Positions 55,395-64,000 of a DNA stretch of 64,000 nt are shown here, in pieces (within the stretch, counting starts at the first letter, position 1; the number at the start of each line of letters is the position of its first letter). A program made the translations under genes and the position numbers. The stretch comes from an uncultured Ignavibacteriales bacterium (GTDB lineage: Bacteria > Zixibacteria > MSB-5A5 > GN15 > FEB-12). The notes under the pieces are model-generated. The model was given only the letters and a program-made list of their open reading frames with translations, did not search any database and had not been told where the DNA came from. The stretch is taken from the NCBI GenBank assembly GCA_964650395.1, contig CAZYRH010000001.1:6-64005 (forward strand). The letters run 5' to 3'.

Positions 55395-55625
55395 TCATTC
55401 AAGAATCTCAAGAACAGCTCGTTTGCCCTGACGGGCTGACGCCGCCGAAAGTAACGTCCGAATCGATTTTGCCGTTTGGCCGTTCTTTCCAATCACTTTA
55501 CCTAAGTCACCCTGTGCCACGCGGAGTTCATAAACCGTGGTGCGACTACCTACAATTTCCTTTATGTCCACTTGGTCGGGGTTATCAACCAACGCCCTAA
55601 CGATTTGCTCGACAAAGTCCTTCAT
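55395..55625 (-). CDS. KH-domain RNA-binding protein (YlqC/UPF0109)
   Basis: [20 protein letters not shown]. The ATG at 55625 has AAGGA upstream. It occupies the canonical position between rpsP and rimM. Confidence 0.85.
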   Translation of the reverse strand: MKDFVEQIVRALVDNPDQVDIKEIVGSRTTVYELRVAQGDLGKVIGKNGQTAKSIRTLLSAASARQGKRAVLEILE

Positions 55626-55730
55626 CTCAACATTCCTTTCTGTTTGTCGTTTTCGTTTCAGGAACTGCATCTTCGTCTACTTCTTCAAAACAGTCGTTCC
55701 AAGCGATGCTGTCTAGGACCAGACGTGGTG

Positions 55731-56135
55731 TCATTCAGCTTGGTTAGTAGGTTCAGCCGGTTCGGCGGGAGCTTCCTCTACAGTCGCAACTGCGGCTTTC
55801 TTCATTTTCCGTGTTTTCTTGCGACGCTCAGTTATAGTGGCTTTCAAGGCTATCTCTGATGTGTCTTCACCTTTTTTAGCTTTACCATATTTCTCCGTAA
55901 ACCCGATCTGGGTCAACAGGGAACTGACAGTGTCGCTCGGTACCGCTCCCCGATCCAGCCATTTTGTTATTCTTTCCTCGAACACCTTCACCATGGCCGG
56001 TTTCGGAATCGGGTTGTAAGTGCCGAGAATCTCCAGAAAACGGCCGTCACGGGCACAGCGAGAGTCAGTTGCGACTATCCGATAAAAGGGGCGTTTCTTT
56101 GCTCCCATCCGTCGAAGTCTAATGTGTACCGCCAA
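55731..56135 (-). CDS. rpsP: 30S ribosomal protein S16
   Basis: [26 protein letters not shown], plus a charged C-terminal tail. Confidence 0.95.
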   Translation of the reverse strand: MAVHIRLRRMGAKKRPFYRIVATDSRCARDGRFLEILGTYNPIPKPAMVKVFEERITKWLDRGAVPSDTVSSLLTQIGFTEKYGKAKKGEDTSEIALKATITERRKKTRKMKKAAVATVEEAPAEPAEPTNQAE

Positions 56136-56163
56136 TAAACGAATCCTCCATCCTCAAAGGTTA

Positions 56164-57492
56164 CTAAAACGGCATTATCCCTTTCGGGATGCCCTTGAAC
56201 TTCATCTTGTTCATATTCATATTTTGAAACATTTTTTGCATGGCAGAGAACTGTTTCAACAGTTGGTTCACCGCTTGCACTGAGTTACCTGAGCCACTGG
56301 CGATCCTTCTCTTGCGCGAACCGTCGATTATGCTTGGATGGTGGCGTTCCTCGATGGTCATCGACTTGATGATAGCTACCATCCGCTCCATGTCTCTCTC
56401 ATCTACAGTGAGGCCTTTGAGAGCTTTGCTCACTCCGGGTATCATTTTAACTAATGATTCCAGCGGCCCCATCTTCTTGATCTGGGCCATCTGGGTCAGG
56501 AAGTCTTCAAAATCGAACTGTGCTTTTAGCAGCTTTTGCTGCATCTTCTCGGCTTGTTTGACATCGATCGTTTCCTGAGCCTTTTCCACCAGCGAGACAA
56601 TGTCGCCCATGCCGAGGATGCGGGATGCCATCCGATCCGGATGAAATGGCTCAAGATCAGCTAGTTTCTCACCAACTGAGGCCAGCTTGATCGGGCAGCC
56701 GGTCACAGCGCGGATAGATAAGGCCGCCCCGCCCCTCGCGTCACCGTCCAGTTTGGATAAAGCGACTCCCGTTATAGTGAGCCTCTGGTGGAACTGGTCG
56801 GCAACATTTACAGCGTCCTGGCCGGTCATGCTGTCAGCAACCAGAAGGACCTCATCGGGATGTACCAGCGACTTTATCTCTTCCAGTTCTGTCATCATCT
56901 GGTCGTCGATATGCAAACGGCCGGCGGTATCAAGAATAACTAGGTCGATAAAGTTCTTTTGGGCGTACTTGAGTGCTTCCCGGCAGATTTCCGGCGGTTT
57001 TTTACCCTCCAGAGAAAAGTGCTCAACAGCAATTGAATCAGCCAGCACCTTGAGCTGTTTAACCGCTGCGGGCCGATAGATGTCGGCTGCCACCATAAGC
57101 GGTTTTTTGTTTTTCCGTTTAGTCATCAAGGCCAACTTGCCGCATAGAGTGGTCTTGCCGGAGCCTTGAAGACCGCAGACCATGTAGACGGTGGGTGATT
57201 TGTCTATGGGAGCCAGCGGTTCGGCTTTGCCGCCGAGAAGGTTTATCAGCTCGTCGTGGACTATCTTGACTACCTGCTGCCCCGGCTCAATCGACTGTAG
57301 TACCTTGGCTCCAACGGCTTTTTCCTGGACTACCTTGACAAAATCACGAGCCACTTTGTAATTGACATCTGCTTCCAGCAGGGCCTGGCGGACCTCGCGC
57401 ATGGAGTCCTTGATATTCTTCTCGGTTAGTTTCCCGGCACCACGAAGCCTCTTGAAAACCAGCTCAAGTTTGTCGGTCAGATTGGCAAACAT
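56164..57492 (-). CDS. ffh: Signal recognition particle protein Ffh
   Basis: GLQGSGKTTLCGKLA, DTAGRLH, and a Met-rich M domain. Confidence 0.95.
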   Translation of the reverse strand: MFANLTDKLELVFKRLRGAGKLTEKNIKDSMREVRQALLEADVNYKVARDFVKVVQEKAVGAKVLQSIEPGQQVVKIVHDELINLLGGKAEPLAPIDKSPTVYMVCGLQGSGKTTLCGKLALMTKRKNKKPLMVAADIYRPAAVKQLKVLADSIAVEHFSLEGKKPPEICREALKYAQKNFIDLVILDTAGRLHIDDQMMTELEEIKSLVHPDEVLLVADSMTGQDAVNVADQFHQRLTITGVALSKLDGDARGGAALSIRAVTGCPIKLASVGEKLADLEPFHPDRMASRILGMGDIVSLVEKAQETIDVKQAEKMQQKLLKAQFDFEDFLTQMAQIKKMGPLESLVKMIPGVSKALKGLTVDERDMERMVAIIKSMTIEERHHPSIIDGSRKRRIASGSGNSVQAVNQLLKQFSAMQKMFQNMNMNKMKFKGIPKGIMPF

Positions 57493-57767
57493 TCTACACT
57501 ATGTCCCGTTCCAATCAATATTTGGATCACAATCCTTCACAAGCCCTCAGGGAAAAGGCAGCTACACAACCTGCGCAAATCACCCTCCAGGCAATACTCA
57601 AAACCAACAAATATAAATAAATCGAACAAATAGGCAAGAAGTTTATTAGGATGTCAATTTTTCGAGACTATCAACTATCTGGCTGACACTCAATTTGGTG
57701 CGATTTGGGCCGTTGGCAAAACACAGGATCACACTTATCCACAAATGATTATGATTAACCCTATCAC

Positions 57768-58580
57768 TCACTCCGTCGAACTAACCACCAAATCAATCTC
57801 AGTATCGACGTCCAATTCGGTGCCTTCCGGCTCCGATTGTTCCAACACCGTTTCCGGCAGGTAATTTTCATCAGTGCGGTAGGTAACGATACCGACTTTA
57901 AGCGACTTGTCCTCAATGCGCATCTTGGCAACATTGAATGTCAGGCCGAGGACTTTGGGCATGTAAGTGAAATGGGATGCCCGCCCGCGGTTGACCATCA
58001 GGTTGACTGGCGAACCGAGCGGAATCTCCATGTCTGCAGCAGGGTAAGAAAAAACCACCACTCGCTCCGGCAACGTGTCGGAAAAGGCCCAGGCTATCTC
58101 GCCCAGCACCAGACCGGCCGTCTCCAGATCAAGCATAGCCTGCCGTACCGACTTGCCGCTGAGGTCAGGGATAGGAACCAGCTTCTGCCCCAGCGAAACG
58201 ACAAACTTGATCGTTCGCCCAGCTTTCACCTTGGTGCCGGCGATAGGGAACTGGTTTATAATGATTCTCTTCTCTTTGCCGGGAGAATGCTCATAAGAGG
58301 TCACTTCATGGTTTAAGCCCAAATCGTCCAGGGAAATCTGTGCCTCGACAATCGTCTGGCCACTGAAATCAGGTAAAGGGAACTCACTGCCGTGACGGGT
58401 CACCCCCATCATGATGATGTCATCGGTAAGCCAGTATATGAAAAAGAGAATTGCCAAAGGTACCACACCCCACAGGACGATTTTCCTCTGCACGGTGCTA
58501 TACGGCAAGACACCGGCCAGAAATCCCTTGGGACGTCTTCGTTTCTTCTGATTCAATCTTGACGCTCGTAGCTGCGACAT
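57768..58580 (-). CDS. Membrane-anchored PASTA-repeat protein
   Basis: One TM helix followed by three PASTA-like units (PDFSGQTIVEAQ..L, PDLSGKSVRQAMLDL, MPKVLGLTFNVAKMRI). It has no kinase or PBP domain. Confidence 0.8.
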   Translation of the reverse strand: MSQLRASRLNQKKRRRPKGFLAGVLPYSTVQRKIVLWGVVPLAILFFIYWLTDDIIMMGVTRHGSEFPLPDFSGQTIVEAQISLDDLGLNHEVTSYEHSPGKEKRIIINQFPIAGTKVKAGRTIKFVVSLGQKLVPIPDLSGKSVRQAMLDLETAGLVLGEIAWAFSDTLPERVVVFSYPAADMEIPLGSPVNLMVNRGRASHFTYMPKVLGLTFNVAKMRIEDKSLKVGIVTYRTDENYLPETVLEQSEPEGTELDVDTEIDLVVSSTE

Positions 58581-58776
58581 ACGTTCTACGCCACCTTGTC
58601 ACATTCTATGGGCAGAGCTAAACGTTCACCGAACGCCGTTGGCAGGTGTTTGAGCGAGCCTGTTATTTCTGCCCACGTCTAATCCATTTGTATCGTAAAG
58701 AGTCAGTAAACGAGGGCATAAAATCAAGATAAAAGTGGCCAGGGAAATAACGAACCCGTGCAAAGTGGGGGAGAGG

Positions 58777-59205
58777 CTACGTACTATCCTGTCTCGCCTG
58801 ACCGGGCTCAAACCGTTTCAGCAGCCAGAGCTTATGTTTGTAAATAAAGGTCAAGACAATCGGGCGGATGGTCTGAGCCGTGCTATCCATCACATAACAG
58901 TCTATACGCGCTTTATCGGCGGTATAGACAATATCGCAGTCGCCGAATCGTTCAAAAGCAAATTTGTCATCCAGGCCGTAGACAAAACAGAGCAAGGAAT
59001 CCGGCCCCTGCTTTAATGACCGAATCTCAGGTGCCATGAGCGAATCAATCGCCGGTCGGTTTCTTTCTTTTACAGCCTGTTGGAGTGAATATACTCTCTC
59101 CTTCAATACGGGAATGTGATCGCGCGATGGGGTTTCTTTACTGCAACTTACCGTGAGCAAAGCCAATGCGATAATAACCATAGAAATGTTAAGCAATAAC
59201 CTCAT
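58777..59205 (-). CDS. Hypothetical lipoprotein
   Basis: Signal peptide plus lipobox (LLTVSC), 142 aa. Confidence 0.55.
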   Translation of the reverse strand: MRLLLNISMVIIALALLTVSCSKETPSRDHIPVLKERVYSLQQAVKERNRPAIDSLMAPEIRSLKQGPDSLLCFVYGLDDKFAFERFGDCDIVYTADKARIDCYVMDSTAQTIRPIVLTFIYKHKLWLLKRFEPGQARQDST

Positions 59206-59222
59206 AGAACCTTCTGTTACTC

Positions 59223-61238
59223 TTAAAGGCCATCAATCTTGAACTGTCCGTTGCCTCGTCTTACGAGGACACCGTTATCCACTAATTTCTTCAGCGTTCG
59301 GGTGGCAACCAGATTCCAGAACCAGTAGCGCTCGCCATACAAGAGCTTTCTGTGCCCGTATTTGACAGCGACGTCTCTCAATTTGTAATAGGCATCCACT
59401 AAGAGTGAGTCAGTCCCTTTGTCAAGTGCGTTCAGCGCCGGTTTGACCACCATCGTGTCCACCATAAAACTTTCCGGCTGAAACTCGTCTCCGTAACGCC
59501 AGTCGACACCTTGTCTGAGCCTTGACTTTAGGACGTAATCCTCTGCGCATTTGATAATCGGAATGGCGTCTCCATACAGAATCTGGTATTTTGGGTCGCC
59601 CAGAAACAATGCATAAAACTGGGTGCCGTTAAATGTGTCCCCACCCCGAACAGCATACATGTACTGCGGGATATGAGATCTGCATAGATCGGTGCCGTCG
59701 TAAATCAGCAAAGGCGCCGATCGGGTAATAAACTTCCGACCGAGATCAAACCACAAAAGGAGCGCCGAAACCACTGGGTACGGACGGTAGAGGATAGAGC
59801 CGCCGTCCATAAAGGAGTTACTGTCTTTGTCTACCGCCCCTGCTGAAACCAGGCTGTCGAGAGTCATTTTGTAGTGGCTCAGGTTCTTTTCAATCACAGT
59901 TGCCATAGTGTCGGAAAGTTTGACAGCGAGCTTCTTGGCTTCTTCAGCCTCGCTGACGGTAATAATTGGGAAAGTAACCTTGTACGAATCATCTTTTTTT
60001 CTCACATATGCTTTGTTCGTCATGTTTTGGACAACTTCTTGAACAAATGATGTATCGGTCATTGCGATGGAGGCGATTTCATCGACTGTATTACCCTCGT
60101 TAAGCAGAGTGAGCACAGCCCGGGCAAACTCGTTGTCAAAGTCGGGATGTCTTTCAACTCGCGGCGGTAGAGTAACTTTCTCGTTAAGGTAGGGAATTAT
60201 TTTATCCGGAATGTGGAATGTGATCAAGAAAGGCTGTTCAAAGAACTTCTGGTCGGGAAGAAGGATGTCAAGGGTATCGACAACTTCGTAGAGGGAGAGC
60301 TTTATCTGAGACCTCCCGTAGTTACCGGGGATATAGATGGTGGGGGTGAGAACTCGGGATTCGACGGGTTGGAGTATGTAATGCGACCGTGTGCGGCGGT
60401 TAGGATTAAGATATGAGCCGGAAAACTGCACTTCTATTTCAACCGTTATGAACTTGAGTTCATCGGTATTATTGGTGACCTCTAACGCCGTCGACTGTTG
60501 GCCCCATCGCAGAGATGATAAATCTATTTCTCCAATAGAGATGTCGGGTAGATTCACCGTCGGAACCTTGAGTGAGAAAGAAGCTCGGTACATCCCGTCC
60601 CTTTTTTTAAGATGCTTCTTATCGATCATGTTCTGGACAACTTCCTTGACAAACGACGTATCAGTCTTGGCCATAGTGGCAATTTCCTTGATTGTTTTGC
60701 CTTCGTCCAACAAGATGAGCGCCAGACAAGCTAATTCGTTGTCAAGTTCGGGACTGTGACCAATCATCGGCGAGACCTTTGGCAGGAGAGCGATTTTCTG
60801 GGAAAGGTAGGGGAGCATCTCATCCGGTGCGATAAATTCGGTTGAAGACGACTTTTCAAAGAACTTCTGACCCGGCACAAGGGTATCTAGCGTGTCTACT
60901 ACGTCACAGAAAGAGAATGTTACCTTAGCCTGGCCGTAATTGCCGGGTATGTAAACGGCGGTGGTGAGAGTTCGGGATTCAAGCGGTTCCAAGACGTAAT
61001 GCGTTTGTTCGCAACGGTTGGGACTTAGGTATGAACCGGTGAACTGCACTTCCGTTTTAACCGTCAGATACTTGACATTGTTAACTTTGTTGGTGACTTC
61101 GAACGAAGCCGTCTGTTCTCCCCATTGATGAGGTGAAAAGCTGATCTGACCCACAGAAAGCTCGTGCTGATGGGCATGTGAAAACTGGAAAAGAGCAAGA
61201 CAACCCAATGTGAATATAATTGATTTAATGGTACGCAT
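59223..61238 (-). CDS. Exported 671-aa protein with an internal tandem duplication of about 200 aa
   Basis: Signal peptide MRTIKSIIFTLGCLALFQFSHA. Residues 26-222 and 232-423 align throughout. The start overlaps the rlmN stop by 14 nt. Confidence 0.75.
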   Translation of the reverse strand: MRTIKSIIFTLGCLALFQFSHAHQHELSVGQISFSPHQWGEQTASFEVTNKVNNVKYLTVKTEVQFTGSYLSPNRCEQTHYVLEPLESRTLTTAVYIPGNYGQAKVTFSFCDVVDTLDTLVPGQKFFEKSSSTEFIAPDEMLPYLSQKIALLPKVSPMIGHSPELDNELACLALILLDEGKTIKEIATMAKTDTSFVKEVVQNMIDKKHLKKRDGMYRASFSLKVPTVNLPDISIGEIDLSSLRWGQQSTALEVTNNTDELKFITVEIEVQFSGSYLNPNRRTRSHYILQPVESRVLTPTIYIPGNYGRSQIKLSLYEVVDTLDILLPDQKFFEQPFLITFHIPDKIIPYLNEKVTLPPRVERHPDFDNEFARAVLTLLNEGNTVDEIASIAMTDTSFVQEVVQNMTNKAYVRKKDDSYKVTFPIITVSEAEEAKKLAVKLSDTMATVIEKNLSHYKMTLDSLVSAGAVDKDSNSFMDGGSILYRPYPVVSALLLWFDLGRKFITRSAPLLIYDGTDLCRSHIPQYMYAVRGGDTFNGTQFYALFLGDPKYQILYGDAIPIIKCAEDYVLKSRLRQGVDWRYGDEFQPESFMVDTMVVKPALNALDKGTDSLLVDAYYKLRDVAVKYGHRKLLYGERYWFWNLVATRTLKKLVDNGVLVRRGNGQFKIDGL

Positions 61239-62283
61239 TAGCTTTACCTCTTTTAAGCTGCTGGCCGGCTAGTTGTCCGCAGGCGGCATTAATATCCGTT
61301 CCTCGGCTTTTTCGCACTGTTACTGCCGGAACCTTAGGGTACAGTTGACGGGCAAACCAGTCCACCCGCTCATCCGACGGACGCCCAAAGTCTAGCCCCG
61401 CGACGGGATTATAAGCCAGGAGGTTTATCTTGCAAGGGATTCCTTGGACAAGCATGGCGAGGGCTTTGACATCGGCCATGCTGTCGTTAAAGTCTTTGAA
61501 AAGGATGTACTCGAACGTCACCCGGGTTCTGGTCTTCTCCGTATAGTATTTCACCGCCTCTATCAGTTCGTCAAGGCCGAATGTCTTACTTACCGGCATT
61601 AGCTTGGTTCGTTTTTCCTGGGTGGCGGCATTCAGCGAAACCGCCAGGTGGGTTTTCAGCCCGAGGTCGGCCAGTTTCTTGATCTTTGGTGAGATACCGA
61701 CAGTGGAGATAGTGATTTTTTTGGCACTGTGACACAACCCGATTTCATCGGTGATGATCTTGGTGGCCTCAACCACATTGTCAAAGTTGAGCAATGGTTC
61801 CCCCATTCCCATCATAACAATACTGCCAAAGGCGTCATCGCCGAATTGGTCGCGAAGGTACACAAGCTGTCCAACAATCTCTCCGACAGTCAAATCTCTC
61901 AGCAGACCCATCGTCCCTGTCGCACAGAACCGGCAGGCCAGAGCGCAGCCGGCCTGCGCCGAGATACAGGCAGTTTCCCTTTTGTCTTCATTGGGAATGA
62001 GAACCGTTTCCACCGGGTGCCCGTCGCTGAGGCGAAACAGGATTTTACGCGTACCGTCTGACGATTCGGCGATATGTTCCGCCTGAAGGCTTTCGAAGGT
62101 ATACTTTTCGTCAAGGTGGTCTCGTAGATTCTTGGATAGGTCCGTCATCAGAGTAAAGTCGTATTGACGGACCCGGTAGAGCCACTTAAATAACTGCCGT
62201 CCCTTGTACGGCTTCTCGCCGAGAGACACCATCAGGTTTTCCATTTGGCCAAGCGAATATCCGAGCAGATTCTCTTTTTGCAT
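61225..62283 (-). CDS. rlmN: 23S rRNA/tRNA (adenine-C2)-methyltransferase, radical SAM
   Basis: CALACRFCATG, MGMGEPL and the C-terminal CGQL. Confidence 0.95.
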   Translation of the reverse strand: MQKENLLGYSLGQMENLMVSLGEKPYKGRQLFKWLYRVRQYDFTLMTDLSKNLRDHLDEKYTFESLQAEHIAESSDGTRKILFRLSDGHPVETVLIPNEDKRETACISAQAGCALACRFCATGTMGLLRDLTVGEIVGQLVYLRDQFGDDAFGSIVMMGMGEPLLNFDNVVEATKIITDEIGLCHSAKKITISTVGISPKIKKLADLGLKTHLAVSLNAATQEKRTKLMPVSKTFGLDELIEAVKYYTEKTRTRVTFEYILFKDFNDSMADVKALAMLVQGIPCKINLLAYNPVAGLDFGRPSDERVDWFARQLYPKVPAVTVRKSRGTDINAACGQLAGQQLKRGKANAYH

Positions 62284-62420
62284 AGACTACAATTTAACCG
62301 AAAATCCTTGTTTGGCAAGAAACGGTTGGCCTCGATGTTCTGAGTTTCGTCGGGTATTGCCGTCGACGAAGTCAGCCGTCAAAGGTCCGGCTCTGACGGG
62401 GGTTGTGACCTGACGAGTCG

Positions 62421-62495
62421 TTTTCGTGGGCGGCAGATGTCCACATCTGCCTCATTCGGGCCAATATAGGCAGGAATCGGGGACTCCCGTCCCAC
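62421..62495. repeat. Composite repeat: short variant of the structured repeat plus REP-like hairpin (copy 3)
   Basis: TTTTCGTGGGCGGCAGATGTCCACATCTGCCTCATTCGGG at 62421-62460, with stem GGCAGATG/CATCTGCC. ATAGGCAGGAATCGGGGACTCCCGTCCCAC follows at 62466-62495. Confidence 0.8.
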
Positions 62496-62516
62496 ATCAA
62501 AGGCAGAATAGTCAGG

Positions 62517-63320
62517 CTACACTGGTTTCACCCCAGCCGACAGAAAGAAAGTAACTGCGTACATAAAGCGCCCTGCTGCAACGGTCCTATCGAAGAGAAT
62601 CTCCCATCTGGTTGCGTCCTCTTCCGACATATACCCGATTGATTGGGCGCTTCTCGCCCAGGTTCGCAGACCCATGACGTTGTCAACGGCCGTGGGGTCG
62701 CGCACTACAAGCGTCATTGCTTCTACCTGTATGTCGGACAATCCGAGGGCATTGAACATTTCCGGCATGCGATGGGCGAGTGTCCCGTTGCGGAGTCCGC
62801 AGTCTGCTCTAAACCGAAAGACCCGACGCGCCAGTTCCTGATCAGGAAAGTCCATGGCCTGGGTGCCATAGTCTGGGTCAACCACCACGATTCGACCCGC
62901 AGGTTTGGCCACCCGGACAATCTCGCGCAGAGCTTGGTCCGGATCCGCTAGGTGTTGAAAGGTTCGGTCAGCCCAACAGCCATCGAAAGTATTCTCAGCG
63001 AATGGTAGAGCCGCAGCGTCACCGACGATTGAGGTTTGGAGACCACGGCGTCGCGCTTCTGAAATCATCGTTTGTGAAATATCCATTCCAACTACGGTCG
63101 CTCGAGCGGCTTTTGCTATCGCTCGTGCATCGTCCCCGGTACCGGTGCCGACTTCGAGGTACATGCCATTACGCTGCGGCTTGAGAAGTTCGAAAACACG
63201 CGTCTTGTAGGCAACGTAGAAAGGTTCCTGGTGGAGTTTATCCAGGACCCTGACCCAAGAACGGGGACTCTTATGAGAATCTACCGTTGTGAAGCCGTGA
63301 GCTGTCTGTTTCCTACTCAT
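62517..63320 (-). CDS. Class I SAM-dependent methyltransferase (UbiE/Methyltransf_11-like)
   Basis: Motif I LEVGTGTGDDA, motif II VVGMDIS, and FDGCWADRTFQHL. Confidence 0.8.
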   Translation of the reverse strand: MSRKQTAHGFTTVDSHKSPRSWVRVLDKLHQEPFYVAYKTRVFELLKPQRNGMYLEVGTGTGDDARAIAKAARATVVGMDISQTMISEARRRGLQTSIVGDAAALPFAENTFDGCWADRTFQHLADPDQALREIVRVAKPAGRIVVVDPDYGTQAMDFPDQELARRVFRFRADCGLRNGTLAHRMPEMFNALGLSDIQVEAMTLVVRDPTAVDNVMGLRTWARSAQSIGYMSEEDATRWEILFDRTVAAGRFMYAVTFFLSAGVKPV

Positions 63321-63405
63321 TGGATCGCCTTACGATTTCATGGCAAGTTAAAGATGTCTAACGACCCAAGTTTTGGGCACGTGTCTCTGATGTGTGCCAA
63401 TTAGA

Positions 63406-63434
63406 GGAAGGAGCCGGAGACTCCTTTCCTACAC
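63406..63434 (-). repeat. REP-like hairpin (copy 4), nested in an outer GCACGTGT/ACACGTGC inverted repeat
   Basis: GGAAGGAGCCGGAGACTCCTTTCCTACAC. An 8-bp outer inverted repeat sits at 63378-63385 and 63431-63438. Confidence 0.7.
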
Positions 63435-63487
63435 GTGCTTTTTATGGTATCTGGGCTTTTGACCTACAAGGCTTTGCTCAGGGAGAA

Positions 63488-64000
63488 TCATTCAGTTGGC
63501 GGTTCTATCGGTGTCCACTCGCCAAAATTCTCCACTACAATCTTGCACCGGCCCTTGGAGGTCCACCGTTCGTTAGCGTTATACCCCCATTCAAGATATT
63601 CTGAACCGCCACCACCAATGGTTGTGATTAGGAAGCGGTTATTTAGAAAACCAAACGAGTTGGCTCTCGCTGACGGCCACTCAGAATCGCCGCGGGAGGG
63701 GTCAACCGGCAACCAGCCGTAGTTCGGCAGATAGATTTCCACCCAGCGATGGAAGACATTGTCCCACGAGGCGTCGTCACCACGAATGACAATCGAACCG
63801 GCATACCGAGCCGGCAGGCTGGCGGCTCGGCACATGGCAATGTACACAAAGCTGTACTCCGAGCAGGAGCCGTTACCGCGCTCAAGAACGGTCGGGGCGA
63901 TATTCCAGCCGCCGGACAATTCATACTCCATGTGTGCAAGGACATAGTTAAATATCTTACGCCCTATCCAATAGGGATTAGTCTCATCACCGACGGCCTC
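63488..64000 (-). CDS. Transglutaminase-like cysteine protease domain protein (N-terminus outside window)
   Basis: Cys-His-Asp core: CSEYSFVYIAMCRAASLPARY, HRWVEIYL, WLPVDPS. The frame stays open upstream of the track's ATG through base 64000. Confidence 0.75.
   Translation of the reverse strand, partial: EAVGDETNPYWIGRKIFNYVLAHMEYELSGGWNIAPTVLERGNGSCSEYSFVYIAMCRAASLPARYAGSIVIRGDDASWDNVFHRWVEIYLPNYGWLPVDPSRGDSEWPSARANSFGFLNNRFLITTIGGGGSEYLEWGYNANERWTSKGRCKIVVENFGEWTPIEPPTE

Overview
This 64 kb window is gene-dense bacterial chromosome, about 50% GC by eye. I recognised no rRNA, tRNA, CRISPR array, transposase or integrase.

Most of the window is housekeeping:
- a MacB-type ABC exporter (1-3006)
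- nadE-rsmI-PAP2-lgt (7081-10340, minus strand)
- recX-alaS-GGGPS-gmhA-O-antigen-ligase (15704-21631, minus strand)
- dtd-maf-rodZ-like-X-smc-ftsY-yjbQ-rlmH (24099-32266, plus strand)
- ispG, yraN-rnhB, rsmD and rlmN
- the canonical ffh-rpsP-KH-rimM-trmD-rplS operon (53656-57492, minus strand)

Accessory content:
- Three proteins carry a T9SS-type C-terminal sorting domain (32518-37242, 37740-40991, 48994-49590). One is a 1574-aa giant with about 12 Cys-rich Ig-like repeats plus cohesin-like and dockerin-like modules.
- Two type IV pilin paralogues sit next to a sigma-54 (PilR-like) activator, each with a candidate -24/-12 promoter.
- A compositionally atypical orphan 736-aa gene (51215-53425) combines a PIN-like core, a coiled coil and three TM helices. 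It lies directly after the rplS terminator and is my best candidate for an undescribed single-gene conflict or defence module.
- A 671-aa exported protein contains an internal tandem duplication of about 200 aa.

Other points of interest:
- alaS seems to start at ATT.
- Two genes look frameshifted.
- An M1-peptidase homologue has lost all its zinc ligands.
- Several families of short hairpin repeats sit at gene ends, and one of them is translated inside yraN.

The T9SS sorting domains, the GGGPS homologue and the DUF3098-like gene suggest an FCB-superphylum bacterium. That lineage call is inference only. All functional calls come from motif recognition by eye, and no searches were run.
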